From: Eubacteriales bacterium
Lineage (GTDB): Bacteria; Bacillota; Clostridia; Oscillospirales; UBA644
DNA length: 50,999 nucleotides
Reading direction: 5' to 3'
Assembly: GCA_045629205.1 (NCBI GenBank)
Contig: JAZQQT010000187.1
Coordinates: 1-50,999 of the forward strand
Numbering within the stretch: position 1 is the stretch's first letter; every line of letters starts with the position of its first letter. The translations under genes and the position numbers were made by a program. The notes under the pieces are model-generated. The model did no database searches, was not told where the DNA came from, and saw only the letters and a program-made list of their open reading frames with translations. Positions 16,110 to 25,749 of the stretch are shown piece after piece.

Positions 16110-17666
16110 TTATTTAACAGAATAATAACCAGCAAGTTTTGCGATTTCTTTGTCGTCAAGAGCCTTGTCGCATACAATAAAATCGTCAAGCAACGCGGCA
16201 AGACCGGCTTTGCAATCCTTGGTTTCGTTCTGACCGACGATAAACGAAGCGTCTTTTACAGAAGCGATTGTCTTTGTAAACTGAGGAGCATCTATCTCGA
16301 AAACCTTGTCGAAGTCAACATAGAATGACATCTTGTTTGACTCATAATCGATAGTGAACATAACATGAACCCATCCGCCGACGTAATCGAGAGGCAATAC
16401 GCCCGGAACCCAATTATTATCCTTGCCGCCGAAAGCAAAGAAATCGAGCGTCCTGTCTTCAAGAACGATTTTGAAGCCTGCTTTATTTTCCTCTTCACCC
16501 GTTACGGCGCTGCAGACGGTCGCACCTTTGATTCCGAAAGATTTCATCCACATACCGACAGTCAAGCCCTTGTCGGAAGCAGAAAAGCCGTTGATAGTCA
16601 GATAACCGTCGTCAAACTTCATTCCCTTGCCGTAGTAACCGTCGAGGAAATAATACTTGCCTGTTCTTTCCGGGTTATGTTTACCTGTTGCGTCGGCAAA
16701 ATCATTTTCGAATTTCAGATATACGTTAAGGTCTTTTCCTACGATTTCTTCAATGGAAGAAGGACCGGGAACAGCATTCGCATCGTGTGAACGAGTCTGG
16801 GAAATGGCAATTTTCATGGGTTTGCGCGGATATGCCGTAACGCCTTCGAACAGTCCGGAAGGAACACGTCCGTCCCATGTTTCGGGGATATCGACGCCGA
16901 GAGCATAAAGAACGATGGCAGCCGTATCTCTGATCGCCATATCTTCAATATGACCGTGTTTCTTTACGGAATAACCGGTTGCACCGAAATATACGTATTT
17001 TTCGGCATCACTGTCGCCGCCGTGAGAACCTCCGCCGCCGTTTCCGTCACCGGGAGTTCCGCCGTGGTCTGCGGTAACGATGAATAAAGTTTTGTCGAGA
17101 ACACCGGCCTCTTCATATTTTTTATAAATCTCACCGATAAATCCGTCTGTTTTATGAATCTGTTCGAGATATTTAGGTGAATCGGCGCCGTAACCGTAAA
17201 AATGGCCGTAACCGTCGACCCAGTCGAACTGAACGAAAAGCATTTTCGGAATGGTATGAGACAGATATTCGCAGGTTTTCGCCGTTACGTCCTCATCCTC
17301 TCCGGCAGTATCTTTATATACGTCAAGGCCGTTTTCGATAATACCGAAGTTTATCGGATTCCAGTTTGAAATCGACGCCATGGGAGCATCGGGATATTTC
17401 TTTCTGATTTCGCGGAACAGGGACGGATACGGAGACTGACGGTCGTATTCGACGGTATCGCAAATTCCGTTTGTAAGGCGATGATATTCGGGTTTTACGC
17501 CGTGAAGCATAGCGCCCCAGCATTCGCCGCTGATAGTGGGGATAGAAGTAAGAACATCCTCGCTGGTCGCTGCTTCAGCCATAATTCTGTCGAGATTCGG
17601 TGTGTTTGCCTGACGGAAAAATCTGCCGGCGCCGTCTACGCCGATTAAAGCAACATATTCATACAT
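16110..17666 (-). CDS. alkaline-phosphatase-superfamily phosphodiesterase (type I phosphodiesterase/nucleotide pyrophosphatase-like) with C-terminal LamG-like domain
   Basis: IGVDGAGRF, IPTISGECWGAMLHG, DGYGHFYGYG and VTADHGG motifs. The C-terminal ~200 aa have a concanavalin/LamG-like pattern (GLTVGMWMK...GGWVHVMFTID...LDDFIVCDKAL). No signal peptide. Confidence 0.75.
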   Translation of the reverse strand: MYEYVALIGVDGAGRFFRQANTPNLDRIMAEAATSEDVLTSIPTISGECWGAMLHGVKPEYHRLTNGICDTVEYDRQSPYPSLFREIRKKYPDAPMASISNWNPINFGIIENGLDVYKDTAGEDEDVTAKTCEYLSHTIPKMLFVQFDWVDGYGHFYGYGADSPKYLEQIHKTDGFIGEIYKKYEEAGVLDKTLFIVTADHGGTPGDGNGGGGSHGGDSDAEKYVYFGATGYSVKKHGHIEDMAIRDTAAIVLYALGVDIPETWDGRVPSGLFEGVTAYPRKPMKIAISQTRSHDANAVPGPSSIEEIVGKDLNVYLKFENDFADATGKHNPERTGKYYFLDGYYGKGMKFDDGYLTINGFSASDKGLTVGMWMKSFGIKGATVCSAVTGEEENKAGFKIVLEDRTLDFFAFGGKDNNWVPGVLPLDYVGGWVHVMFTIDYESNKMSFYVDFDKVFEIDAPQFTKTIASVKDASFIVGQNETKDCKAGLAALLDDFIVCDKALDDKEIAKLAGYYSVK

Positions 17667-17694
17667 TTTTATTTTCTCCTGTCTGTAACAGTAA

Positions 17695-19677
17695 TTATTT
17701 CAGATTTGAGCCAACATCAGCGAAATCCCAGAGATCGAATTTCTCGAAATCGTATAATGAGGCATTTTCTTTGAGGCTGAAATCGCGGGCAGCGGGATCG
17801 ACAAAACCCGGATCTTCATCGTAATACTCAGCAAACGTGCAGTCGTTCAGATATTTGCCGGAATAGTTAAAGCAGTAATTTCCCATGTCAATTCCCTGTG
17901 TTGCAAGCGACTTATACATAAAGTCCGTTTCGGGTTTATCCGATATGAACATATTGTTTACAACCTTATCGGTTATAAACGGGAAATCTCCGGTAAACGC
18001 GAAGATATTATTGGTAATCGAAAGTCCGGCACCTTCTTCGTGTTTTGCGAGCGCACCGCCCGTAGTATCGTAAATCAGATTATGATTTATTTCCAAATAA
18101 GACGAACCTTCGTCGAGGAATATTCCGTTTCCGCCGTAACCCGATTCGGAATCGAAATAGTAACCGGAATGAGGGAAATCGCAATGAGAAACATTGTGTA
18201 TAACATTATATGTCAGGCTGCTTCCGGGCTGTTTTCCGAGAGTATAAATACCTCCCATATCGGAAAGGGCAAGCTGCCCGATATCGTAAATCAGATTGTG
18301 CGAAACTTTAATATTGTTTGTGGGTGACTCGGCGAGACCCCATACCCAACCGCAGGAAATACCGGTATAGTATCCGTCGTGAATCGTGTTATACGAAACT
18401 TCGGCGCCGTCGCAGTGGCCTATCAGCAAACCTTCGCCTGACTGATAAACACGGCTGAAATGCTCCACGAGATTATTTGTAAAGGTAAAGTTTCCGGTCA
18501 TATTCTCGGGGAACTCGATATCTTTCTTTTTAAAAGAATGAGAAACGCTGCATGCTGTCCCCCCGACACTGTCGAATCGGCAACTTTTAACGGCACAGTC
18601 ACGACAGAAAAGGCCGAAATAAATTCCGTTAAAGCCGATGTTTCTGACAGTGCATCCGTCAAAAATTATCCCGTTTGATTCCTCAAATGAAATCGAAGGA
18701 TAAAGACCGTTGCAGCCCTGTCCGATTTTTCGCGGGGTTCTGTCACGGCGTGTATCGGAAAAAACAATGTTTCTGAAAGAAATATTATCGGTTTTATTTG
18801 CAGTCATCAATGCCGACAGATATCCGTAGGTGAGTGAAAACCCGTCAATCGATTCGCCGTCCTGCGGAACATAATATACTTTGCTTTCGGCGATGTCAAG
18901 ATACCACTGTCCCGGATTTTTAAGCATGGATTTTATGTTTTCAAAACGGTATCTGAATCCGTTTCCGCTGTATGACATGGTTTTTTCGCCGACATCGATT
19001 CTGATGATTCCGGATTCGAAATCGACCGACATGATCTTGTTGATTTGTTCTGTCCAGGGAGAATTCAGAATACGGATATAAACTTCATCGTCGGAGATAA
19101 ATTCCGGCATGTTCTCTTTATCTAGCTGATAAAACGACATTGTGCTGTCGCCGCCGACAGAGGTAGGATCGGAAACAGGTTCGCCGATAAAATATGAATT
19201 TTCGGGATAAAAAGTTGTGGGAAGATGCCCGTCTTTTCCGTAAAGAGCCATAAAATCTTCGCCCTGCGGAACATCTGCAACCCATGCGGTCACGCCGTTG
19301 ATTTCGGTCGTCTGCCAGCCTGTTATTTGTTTTCCTCCGCTGATAACGACTTCCTCATCGGGATAAGCGGAATAAACCGCATTATTCCGGTCTGTCTCGT
19401 CGAAGACGACCGTTTCATCAAGATAATATGTTCCTCCCCTGAACCATACGGTTACGGCTTCGCTGCCGGCAACCGATTTGGCTTTTTCTTTTGCCGCCGC
19501 AAATGAAGCGAGAGGACTGTCTTGTGTTCCGGGATTTGAATCGTTGCCGTCTGTTGCCACAAAAATGTCGTCAGCGCCCGGAGTTATGTCCGGATCGTTA
19601 TTTTCTTCCGCACTGAAAACGGCAAACATTGCCAAAAGTAACACTAAAACAAGAGAAAGAGAAATGGTTTTTTTCAT
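17695..19677 (-). CDS. secreted right-handed parallel beta-helix repeat protein (pectate-lyase fold), paralogue 1
   Basis: Signal peptide MKKTISLSLVLVLLLAMFAVFSA. N-terminal cap IFVATDGNDSNPGTQDSPLASFAAAKEKAK. Repeated NxxxxG/IHD-type coils. Roughly 70% identical by eye to the adjacent gene. Confidence 0.75.
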   Translation of the reverse strand: MKKTISLSLVLVLLLAMFAVFSAEENNDPDITPGADDIFVATDGNDSNPGTQDSPLASFAAAKEKAKSVAGSEAVTVWFRGGTYYLDETVVFDETDRNNAVYSAYPDEEVVISGGKQITGWQTTEINGVTAWVADVPQGEDFMALYGKDGHLPTTFYPENSYFIGEPVSDPTSVGGDSTMSFYQLDKENMPEFISDDEVYIRILNSPWTEQINKIMSVDFESGIIRIDVGEKTMSYSGNGFRYRFENIKSMLKNPGQWYLDIAESKVYYVPQDGESIDGFSLTYGYLSALMTANKTDNISFRNIVFSDTRRDRTPRKIGQGCNGLYPSISFEESNGIIFDGCTVRNIGFNGIYFGLFCRDCAVKSCRFDSVGGTACSVSHSFKKKDIEFPENMTGNFTFTNNLVEHFSRVYQSGEGLLIGHCDGAEVSYNTIHDGYYTGISCGWVWGLAESPTNNIKVSHNLIYDIGQLALSDMGGIYTLGKQPGSSLTYNVIHNVSHCDFPHSGYYFDSESGYGGNGIFLDEGSSYLEINHNLIYDTTGGALAKHEEGAGLSITNNIFAFTGDFPFITDKVVNNMFISDKPETDFMYKSLATQGIDMGNYCFNYSGKYLNDCTFAEYYDEDPGFVDPAARDFSLKENASLYDFEKFDLWDFADVGSNLK

Positions 19678-19692
19678 ACAAAAGTCCTTTTT

Positions 19693-21726
19693 TTAATCAA
19701 AATTACATCCGACGTCATTAACATTCCAAATTTCAAATCCCTCGAAATCGCGCAGCGCAGCATCATCTTTAAGAGTAAAATCATAATTCAGAGCATCGGT
19801 AAAACCGGGATCCACATCAAAATTATCGTCAAACTCAAAAGCGTCACGGTAAGTTCCGGAAAAGTCGTAACAATAATTGAAATTACCGATTGCGATGATT
19901 TTCTGGCTTGTAAATCCGAAGCTTATGTCCGGATCATTGTTTAAGTAAACGTTTTTATATGTTGTTTCCATAATTCCGGGGAAATCGCCGACAAAGGCAA
20001 ATATGTTATTTGCAACTATAAGATCAACGCCTTCCTGATTCTTTGCGACAGCGCCTCCGGTCGTGTTATACACAAGGTTATATTTTACATCCATATAGGA
20101 AGATCCTTCATCAAGGAAGATACCGTTGCCGCCGTAGCCGCCCGAGCCTTCTCCGTTCCAACCCGATTTCGGGAAGAGGCAGTGAGAAATGTTATATATC
20201 GTGTTATAAAGGAGGCAGCTGCCGGGCTGCTGTCCGAGCATATATATACCGCCAAGATCGGAAAGACATCCCTGTCCGATATCGTAAATAAGATTATGCG
20301 TAACTTTGATATTGTTGGTCGGAGATTCGCCGAGCCCCCATACCCAGCCGCAGGAAATACCGGTATAGTATCCGTCGTGAATCGTATTATACGAAACGTC
20401 GGCGCCGTCACAGTGACCTATCAGCAAGCCTTCGCCATGCTGATATACGCGGCTGAAACGTTCAACAAGATTGTTTGTGAATGTAAAATTACCGGTCATA
20501 TCCTCGGAATAAGTAACTGTGGAATGAGTAACGTTGCATGCCGTTCCGCCAATACTGTCGAAATGACAGTTTGAAACGATACAATCACGGCAATACGGAC
20601 CGAAATACAGTCCGTTGAAGCCGGTATTCTTAATTGTGCAGGCATTGAATTTTATATTGTTTGATTGCACGAAAGAAACCGCGGGATTAAGTTGGTTACA
20701 GCCCTGTCCGACATGGAGGCCGACTCTGTTACGTCTCGAATCCGAGAAGGTAAGTTCGGCAAAAACAAGATTATCGATATTACTTGCATCGACAAGTTTC
20801 ATCAGGTTGCCGTAAACGAGAGTAAATCCGTCTATGGTTTCGCCGCTCTGAGGAACATAATAAACCTTGCTTTCTGCGACATCAAGATACCACTGACCCG
20901 GGTTTTTAAGCATGGATTTAATATTTTCAAAACGGTATCTGTAACCGTTGCCGTTATAGTGCATCGTTGTTCCGCCGACATCAAAGGTCAGTATGCCGGT
21001 TGTGAAATCAACAGATAAAACTCTGTTTATCTGCTCTGCCCATGGATCGTTCAGAACACGGATAAACACGCCCTCATCCGCTATGAATTCGGGCATGTCG
21101 GACGTATCAAGCTGATAATATGCTTTTGTATAATCACTATTGCTGACAGGATCGCCGTTCAGATACGTTCCTTCGGGATAAAACGTGGTTGAAAGATGAC
21201 CGTTTTTGCCGTAAAGAGACATAAAATCTTCACCCACGGGAACATCTGCGACCCAGGCGGTCACGCCGTTGATTTCGGTCGTCTGCCATCCGGTAATCTC
21301 TTTTCCGCCGCTGATAACGGCTTCTTCATCGGGATAGCTTCTGTAAACTACGTTCTGACGGTCTGTTTCATTGAAAATAACAGTTTCATCAAGATAATAA
21401 GTTCCGCCGCGGAACCATACTGTTATCTTTTCATCTCCGGATACAGTCTTTGCCTTTTCTTTTGCGGCGGCAAAAGATGCGAGCGGACTGTCTTTTGTTC
21501 CTGAATTCGAATCGTTTCCGTCAGGAGCGACGTAAATATCGTTATCGCCGAATACGATTTCTTCGGCAGGTTCCCCATGAGGAACATCGGGATCATCTGT
21601 CGGATCCACTACAGGATCATCGGTAGGATCTTTCCCCGGATTGACGGGCTCTTCCGGATTGCTGCACGCAGCAGCCGCGGTGAATAAAAACAGAATTGCC
21701 AAAACCATTGCAAGAATTTTTTTCAT
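19693..21726 (-). CDS. right-handed parallel beta-helix repeat lipoprotein, paralogue 2
   Basis: Lipoprotein-type signal MKKILAMVLAILFLFTAAAAC. Pro/Asp-rich linker. Same beta-helix body as 17695-19677. Confidence 0.75.
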   Translation of the reverse strand: MKKILAMVLAILFLFTAAAACSNPEEPVNPGKDPTDDPVVDPTDDPDVPHGEPAEEIVFGDNDIYVAPDGNDSNSGTKDSPLASFAAAKEKAKTVSGDEKITVWFRGGTYYLDETVIFNETDRQNVVYRSYPDEEAVISGGKEITGWQTTEINGVTAWVADVPVGEDFMSLYGKNGHLSTTFYPEGTYLNGDPVSNSDYTKAYYQLDTSDMPEFIADEGVFIRVLNDPWAEQINRVLSVDFTTGILTFDVGGTTMHYNGNGYRYRFENIKSMLKNPGQWYLDVAESKVYYVPQSGETIDGFTLVYGNLMKLVDASNIDNLVFAELTFSDSRRNRVGLHVGQGCNQLNPAVSFVQSNNIKFNACTIKNTGFNGLYFGPYCRDCIVSNCHFDSIGGTACNVTHSTVTYSEDMTGNFTFTNNLVERFSRVYQHGEGLLIGHCDGADVSYNTIHDGYYTGISCGWVWGLGESPTNNIKVTHNLIYDIGQGCLSDLGGIYMLGQQPGSCLLYNTIYNISHCLFPKSGWNGEGSGGYGGNGIFLDEGSSYMDVKYNLVYNTTGGAVAKNQEGVDLIVANNIFAFVGDFPGIMETTYKNVYLNNDPDISFGFTSQKIIAIGNFNYCYDFSGTYRDAFEFDDNFDVDPGFTDALNYDFTLKDDAALRDFEGFEIWNVNDVGCNFD

Positions 21727-21756
21727 ACATTCCTCCGATTATCTACAAAGTATATG

Positions 21757-22911
21757 TTATTTATCTTTTGAAAAGATTTTTGCTATTATTGTTCTGTTTA
21801 CTTTCATTGCGCCTTTGGGACAAAACTCCTGACAACAAAAACATTTTATACATTTTTTTCTGTCTATAACAGGTTTATCATTTTGCATCGTTATTGCTTT
21901 TGCGGGACATACCCGGAAGCATTCTTTACATCCGACACATTCGTTTTTTCTGACCTTCGGCCGTGCTTCAAGGAAAAATTTTATAAGTTTTCCGATAAGC
22001 CTTCCGAAAACATTATCGGAATCGCTTTCAAATGCGTGAGATTTATTCACGGGAAGTTTTTTATAATCACGGATAACCAGAGAATCGGTTTCACCGTAAA
22101 TATTCAGTTCATCGGCAGTCGCTGTTGTATAACCGCGATTGAATGCTTCCTCAAGAATCGGAATATCGTCTTTCGTCAGCCCGATAAGCTTTGCGCAGAC
22201 GGTATCGAGTTTATAAGGAGAATCGGATGCCAGAACAGCCCCTATATCTCTGGGATTGCCTGCCGTAGGGCCGTTGCCCTCCATACCCGTAATCGCATCG
22301 CATATTGTAAGAATCGGCTTAAAATATTCATTTAAGTCAACTATCATCGAGGCGAAATCGGCAACGTTGGGATATTTGTAATGATATTCGGGTTTTACAA
22401 TGCCCGGAACAACGCCGAACATATTTTTGATTCCTGCAGACATTCCCATCATGCCGTGCGTTTTGAGTTTACAGAAATCAATGATATAATCGGCCTTATC
22501 GAGATATGCCGTGTAGTAAAACTCTTTTGCGGTCTTTGCTTGGGGAAACTCCGCTTTTGCCTCGAAAAAATCATCGTTCAGCTTTGCGCCGTGTTCTTCG
22601 GCTGACCTCATTCCCGTTACATTGTAAACATGATTGAGATGAGCAGCGTTATATATTCCTCCCGGAGAATCACCGACTATGATATCCGCGCCCTTTTCAC
22701 GCAAAATATCGATCAGCGCACACAAAAGAACGGGATGAGTTGTGGCAGCTTTTTCGGGTTTCATTGCCGAAACGAGATTGACTTTTATAACCACTTTTTT
22801 TCCGAAGGTTATTTTGTTTATTCCGTCTGTCTTTGAAAGAACTTCTTCCAACGCCGAACGGCATTCGGAATATTCGTATGATTTACATTTTGCAACTGCT
22901 ACGTCGAACAT
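21757..22911 (-). CDS. DUF362 domain protein with C-terminal 2x[4Fe-4S] ferredoxin motifs
   Basis: Likely ATG at 22911 (MFDVAVAKCKSYEY) after GGAG. C-terminus has CVGCKECFRVCP and CIKCFCCQEFCP. Confidence 0.8.
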   Translation of the reverse strand: MFDVAVAKCKSYEYSECRSALEEVLSKTDGINKITFGKKVVIKVNLVSAMKPEKAATTHPVLLCALIDILREKGADIIVGDSPGGIYNAAHLNHVYNVTGMRSAEEHGAKLNDDFFEAKAEFPQAKTAKEFYYTAYLDKADYIIDFCKLKTHGMMGMSAGIKNMFGVVPGIVKPEYHYKYPNVADFASMIVDLNEYFKPILTICDAITGMEGNGPTAGNPRDIGAVLASDSPYKLDTVCAKLIGLTKDDIPILEEAFNRGYTTATADELNIYGETDSLVIRDYKKLPVNKSHAFESDSDNVFGRLIGKLIKFFLEARPKVRKNECVGCKECFRVCPAKAITMQNDKPVIDRKKCIKCFCCQEFCPKGAMKVNRTIIAKIFSKDK

Positions 22912-22928
22912 ATATATCTCCGCATTAA

Positions 22929-25223
22929 TCACTGCACTTGTGAAACATAATATTTTGCGAAATACGTGTCTCTTGCCGACTCTCCGCGCGTAACCGATCT
23001 CGAAGCCCTGTCGGACGGTCGTTCAAAGTTATAGCAAACCGAATAACCCGCGTCATAAGCGCCGTCGGCATCATTCCATACTGTCGAAAGAGTCTCCCAT
23101 GCAAGACGGTATCTGCTGTTGCTCTGTATCTCTATGGCAAAGAAATCAAGCTGAGCAGTTATATCGGATATTGAAACGCCGCGTTCCTTTACGAAATTGT
23201 AATATTCTGTTTTTCGTTCCTCGGATGTCCATTGGAACAATCCGTATCCGGCCTTGTCGGTGCAGAAATTCTTGTATTCGCCGCTGTCTACCGCCGCGGT
23301 ATAAGTTGCGTCGGAATATCCGAGAGATTTCTCGTAGATTCCTTCGAGATTATTGTTTCTGAAAGAACTTTCGGCTTTAATGTTTGCAAGAATACCCGAC
23401 GCTGCGGCGGTATTGAGATTCATTACCATCGTAAAATAATTATAACAGGTTTCCTCGTTTGTTTTCCCGATATAATACGGTGTTATCCGGTCTTCTCCGG
23501 GATCATCGTCAGGCGATATTTCTTCTTCTGTCCATTCCGAATGTATCGGTGAGAGCTGAGTAATATCATCTCTGATGCCGTTCCAGTCCATCGTGTTTAC
23601 TTTTCCGTCACGGTTTACATCCGCAACGTCAAGCAGGTAATCATCGGTTATTTTCGTAAGGCCCGTAATGTGATCACGTATACGGTTCCAGTCAACCGTA
23701 TTGATCACACCGTTTCCGTCGGTGTCTCCCGCAAGCAGCATCTCGACATTCTGAACAACATCCGTATCGGCAACAACCAATGTGTATTCACGTGAAACGT
23801 GGTTCTGCTTGGAAACGCGCAGAACATAATTTCCGGCTTTTACATTTTTTATTGAAAAATCTTTATAGCACTTGATTTCTTTGACCGTTACACCGTTTAA
23901 AATCAATTCGATCACGGTTACGGTCTTATCTTTTCCGAATGAACTTATACTCCCCGAAACGACGACTCCCTCGGTTTGCGGTTTTGGTATGATCTCGGTA
24001 TATTTCGATTCGCATAACGAGCACTTATAAACGGTTTGCCCGTCTTTGGATGCTGATGCGGGAACGGTATACCAGTATGTTTTGTAATCTGCGCAGGCGT
24101 GTCTGACAAATATTCTTCCGTCTGAAAGATGCTGATAACCTGACGTTATATCAGAATCGGGAAGGAGAGGGGTAATTGCCGAATACGATGTAAGATTCCG
24201 GAAATAACAACCGATTGCGTCTATAAAACCAATACTGTTTTCATTCTCGGCTTTATATATCCCCGTTACTCTTCCGTTTATATCTTTTAATATTGCATTA
24301 ACCGACGTAAGATCGGGTGTCCCGTTTACGTCAACAGATTCCGAAGAGCCGGTCTGAGCGACTTTTATTCCGGATAAAGGCATCAGAAGAATATTAACGC
24401 TACAGTCGGCATCTTTTACGGTAATCTTGGGATATCCTTCTTTGTTATATAAAATATTGATAAATGCGAAATCGGTCTGTGCGGCATGATATACTCTGTC
24501 GATTACGATATCTATCTTACCGGCTTTTCCGTTCCATACAGCCCCGCTTTCGACACGGATATAATCACTCGGCTGCTGCATATAATACGCTTCGATATCA
24601 ACTTTATATGTTTTATCGCTTCCGAGCGGAGTTCCGAACGAAACGCAGCCTTTTACCTTATTTGCATAAAACTCGCCTTCGGTAAAAGAGAATCCGACTG
24701 ATGTCACGGTGCCGACGTCGATCAACGATATATTCAGGGTTGAATAATTCAAAACTACCGAGGAAGAATTTTCGCCTGCCAATTCCGTTCCTTTTGCGCG
24801 GGAAACTCTGTTGAAGCCTATCGCAGACGAACCGATATCTATTTTATTAAACCGAACCGAAACATTCGCAAATTCCAAAGCGGACGAAACAGTAAAAGTA
24901 TCGACGGTTATGGTTACGTTTTTATCGGTCGGTAATTCATTTCTGATTACAATACTTTTTGCGTCCGGTGTTTTATCCCCCGAAACAGTATAATCGGTGT
25001 TTTCATCTGTCAGCAGAATAACATAATCGGTTTGAGAATCGGTTATTAAAGCAAATGCAGAATCAATGTCGGGAAAAGAATCGGTTTTTATGCCGTTTGC
25101 ATATAAAACCACGCCGTTATCGGAAGCCAGAGGCGATTCGGAGGGCTCGGCAAAAACACAGAGTCCGAACCATAGAAACAATACAGCGGCGACTAAAATC
25201 AAAATATGTTTTCTGATCTTCAC
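22929..25223 (-). CDS. secreted protein with type-I dockerin and C-terminal phage-tail-lysozyme-like (peptidoglycan hydrolase) domain
   Basis: GTG start after GGAGG, then a signal peptide. Dockerin duplicated Ca-binding loops: GDTDGNGVINTVDWNRIRDHI / DVNRDGKVNTMDWNGIRDDI. C-terminus ASGILANIKAESSFRNN...GYGLFQWTSEERK...AQLDFFAIEI resembles the phage tail lysozyme family. Confidence 0.75.
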   Translation of the reverse strand: MKIRKHILILVAAVLFLWFGLCVFAEPSESPLASDNGVVLYANGIKTDSFPDIDSAFALITDSQTDYVILLTDENTDYTVSGDKTPDAKSIVIRNELPTDKNVTITVDTFTVSSALEFANVSVRFNKIDIGSSAIGFNRVSRAKGTELAGENSSSVVLNYSTLNISLIDVGTVTSVGFSFTEGEFYANKVKGCVSFGTPLGSDKTYKVDIEAYYMQQPSDYIRVESGAVWNGKAGKIDIVIDRVYHAAQTDFAFINILYNKEGYPKITVKDADCSVNILLMPLSGIKVAQTGSSESVDVNGTPDLTSVNAILKDINGRVTGIYKAENENSIGFIDAIGCYFRNLTSYSAITPLLPDSDITSGYQHLSDGRIFVRHACADYKTYWYTVPASASKDGQTVYKCSLCESKYTEIIPKPQTEGVVVSGSISSFGKDKTVTVIELILNGVTVKEIKCYKDFSIKNVKAGNYVLRVSKQNHVSREYTLVVADTDVVQNVEMLLAGDTDGNGVINTVDWNRIRDHITGLTKITDDYLLDVADVNRDGKVNTMDWNGIRDDITQLSPIHSEWTEEEISPDDDPGEDRITPYYIGKTNEETCYNYFTMVMNLNTAAASGILANIKAESSFRNNNLEGIYEKSLGYSDATYTAAVDSGEYKNFCTDKAGYGLFQWTSEERKTEYYNFVKERGVSISDITAQLDFFAIEIQSNSRYRLAWETLSTVWNDADGAYDAGYSVCYNFERPSDRASRSVTRGESARDTYFAKYYVSQVQ

Positions 25224-25257
25224 CCGAATATCCTCCTCTTTATAAATCTCCTTTTAT

Positions 25258-25286
25258 ATTATATATTTATATAACGCAAAAATCAA
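25258..25286 (-). promoter_or_regulatory. sigma-A-type promoter of the 16.1-25.3 kb operon
   Basis: Minus strand reads TTGATT - 17 nt - TATAAT, about 30 nt upstream of the GGAGG/GTG start. Confidence 0.55.
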
Positions 25287-25348
25287 GTAATTTAATCAAT
25301 TCATTCGACACAGAATTATTTTTTTTCATTTATTCCCATATACAGCAG

Positions 25349-25375
25349 TAGAGCCGGACATTATGTCCGGCTCTT
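25349..25375 (-). terminator. stem-loop after rplQ (end of the ribosomal supercluster)
   Basis: 11-bp perfect stem agagccggaca / tgtccggctct with a 3-nt loop. The U-tract is poor. Confidence 0.55.
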
Positions 25376-25388
25376 ATAAAAATCAAAA

Positions 25389-25730
25389 TCAGTCAACGAG
25401 AGAGATAACTGCCATTTCGGCTGAGTCACCTACACGGGGTCCAATCTTAACTATTCTGGTATAACCACCTTTACGGTCTGCATACTTGGGAGAAATTTCG
25501 TCGAACAGTTTTTTAACGACGTCCTCCTTTGTAATAAAGCTAAGTGCCTGTCTCTTATTATGAAGAGTATTTACCTTACCGAGTGTAATCATTTTCTCGG
25601 CAAGACAACGTACTTCCTTTGCTCTCGTAACCGTTGTTTCAATGGAACCTTTTTCTAACAGATAAGTAACCATACCTCTGAGCATAGCTTTTCTGTGATC
25701 GGTTTTTCTGCCTAATTTACGTGTGCCCAT
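25389..25730 (-). CDS. rplQ: 50S ribosomal protein L17
   Basis: [20 protein letters not shown]... Downstream of rpoA. Confidence 0.95.
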   Translation of the reverse strand: MGTRKLGRKTDHRKAMLRGMVTYLLEKGSIETTVTRAKEVRCLAEKMITLGKVNTLHNKRQALSFITKEDVVKKLFDEISPKYADRKGGYTRIVKIGPRVGDSAEMAVISLVD

Positions 25731-25749
25731 TTTTTAACAACCTCCTTCT

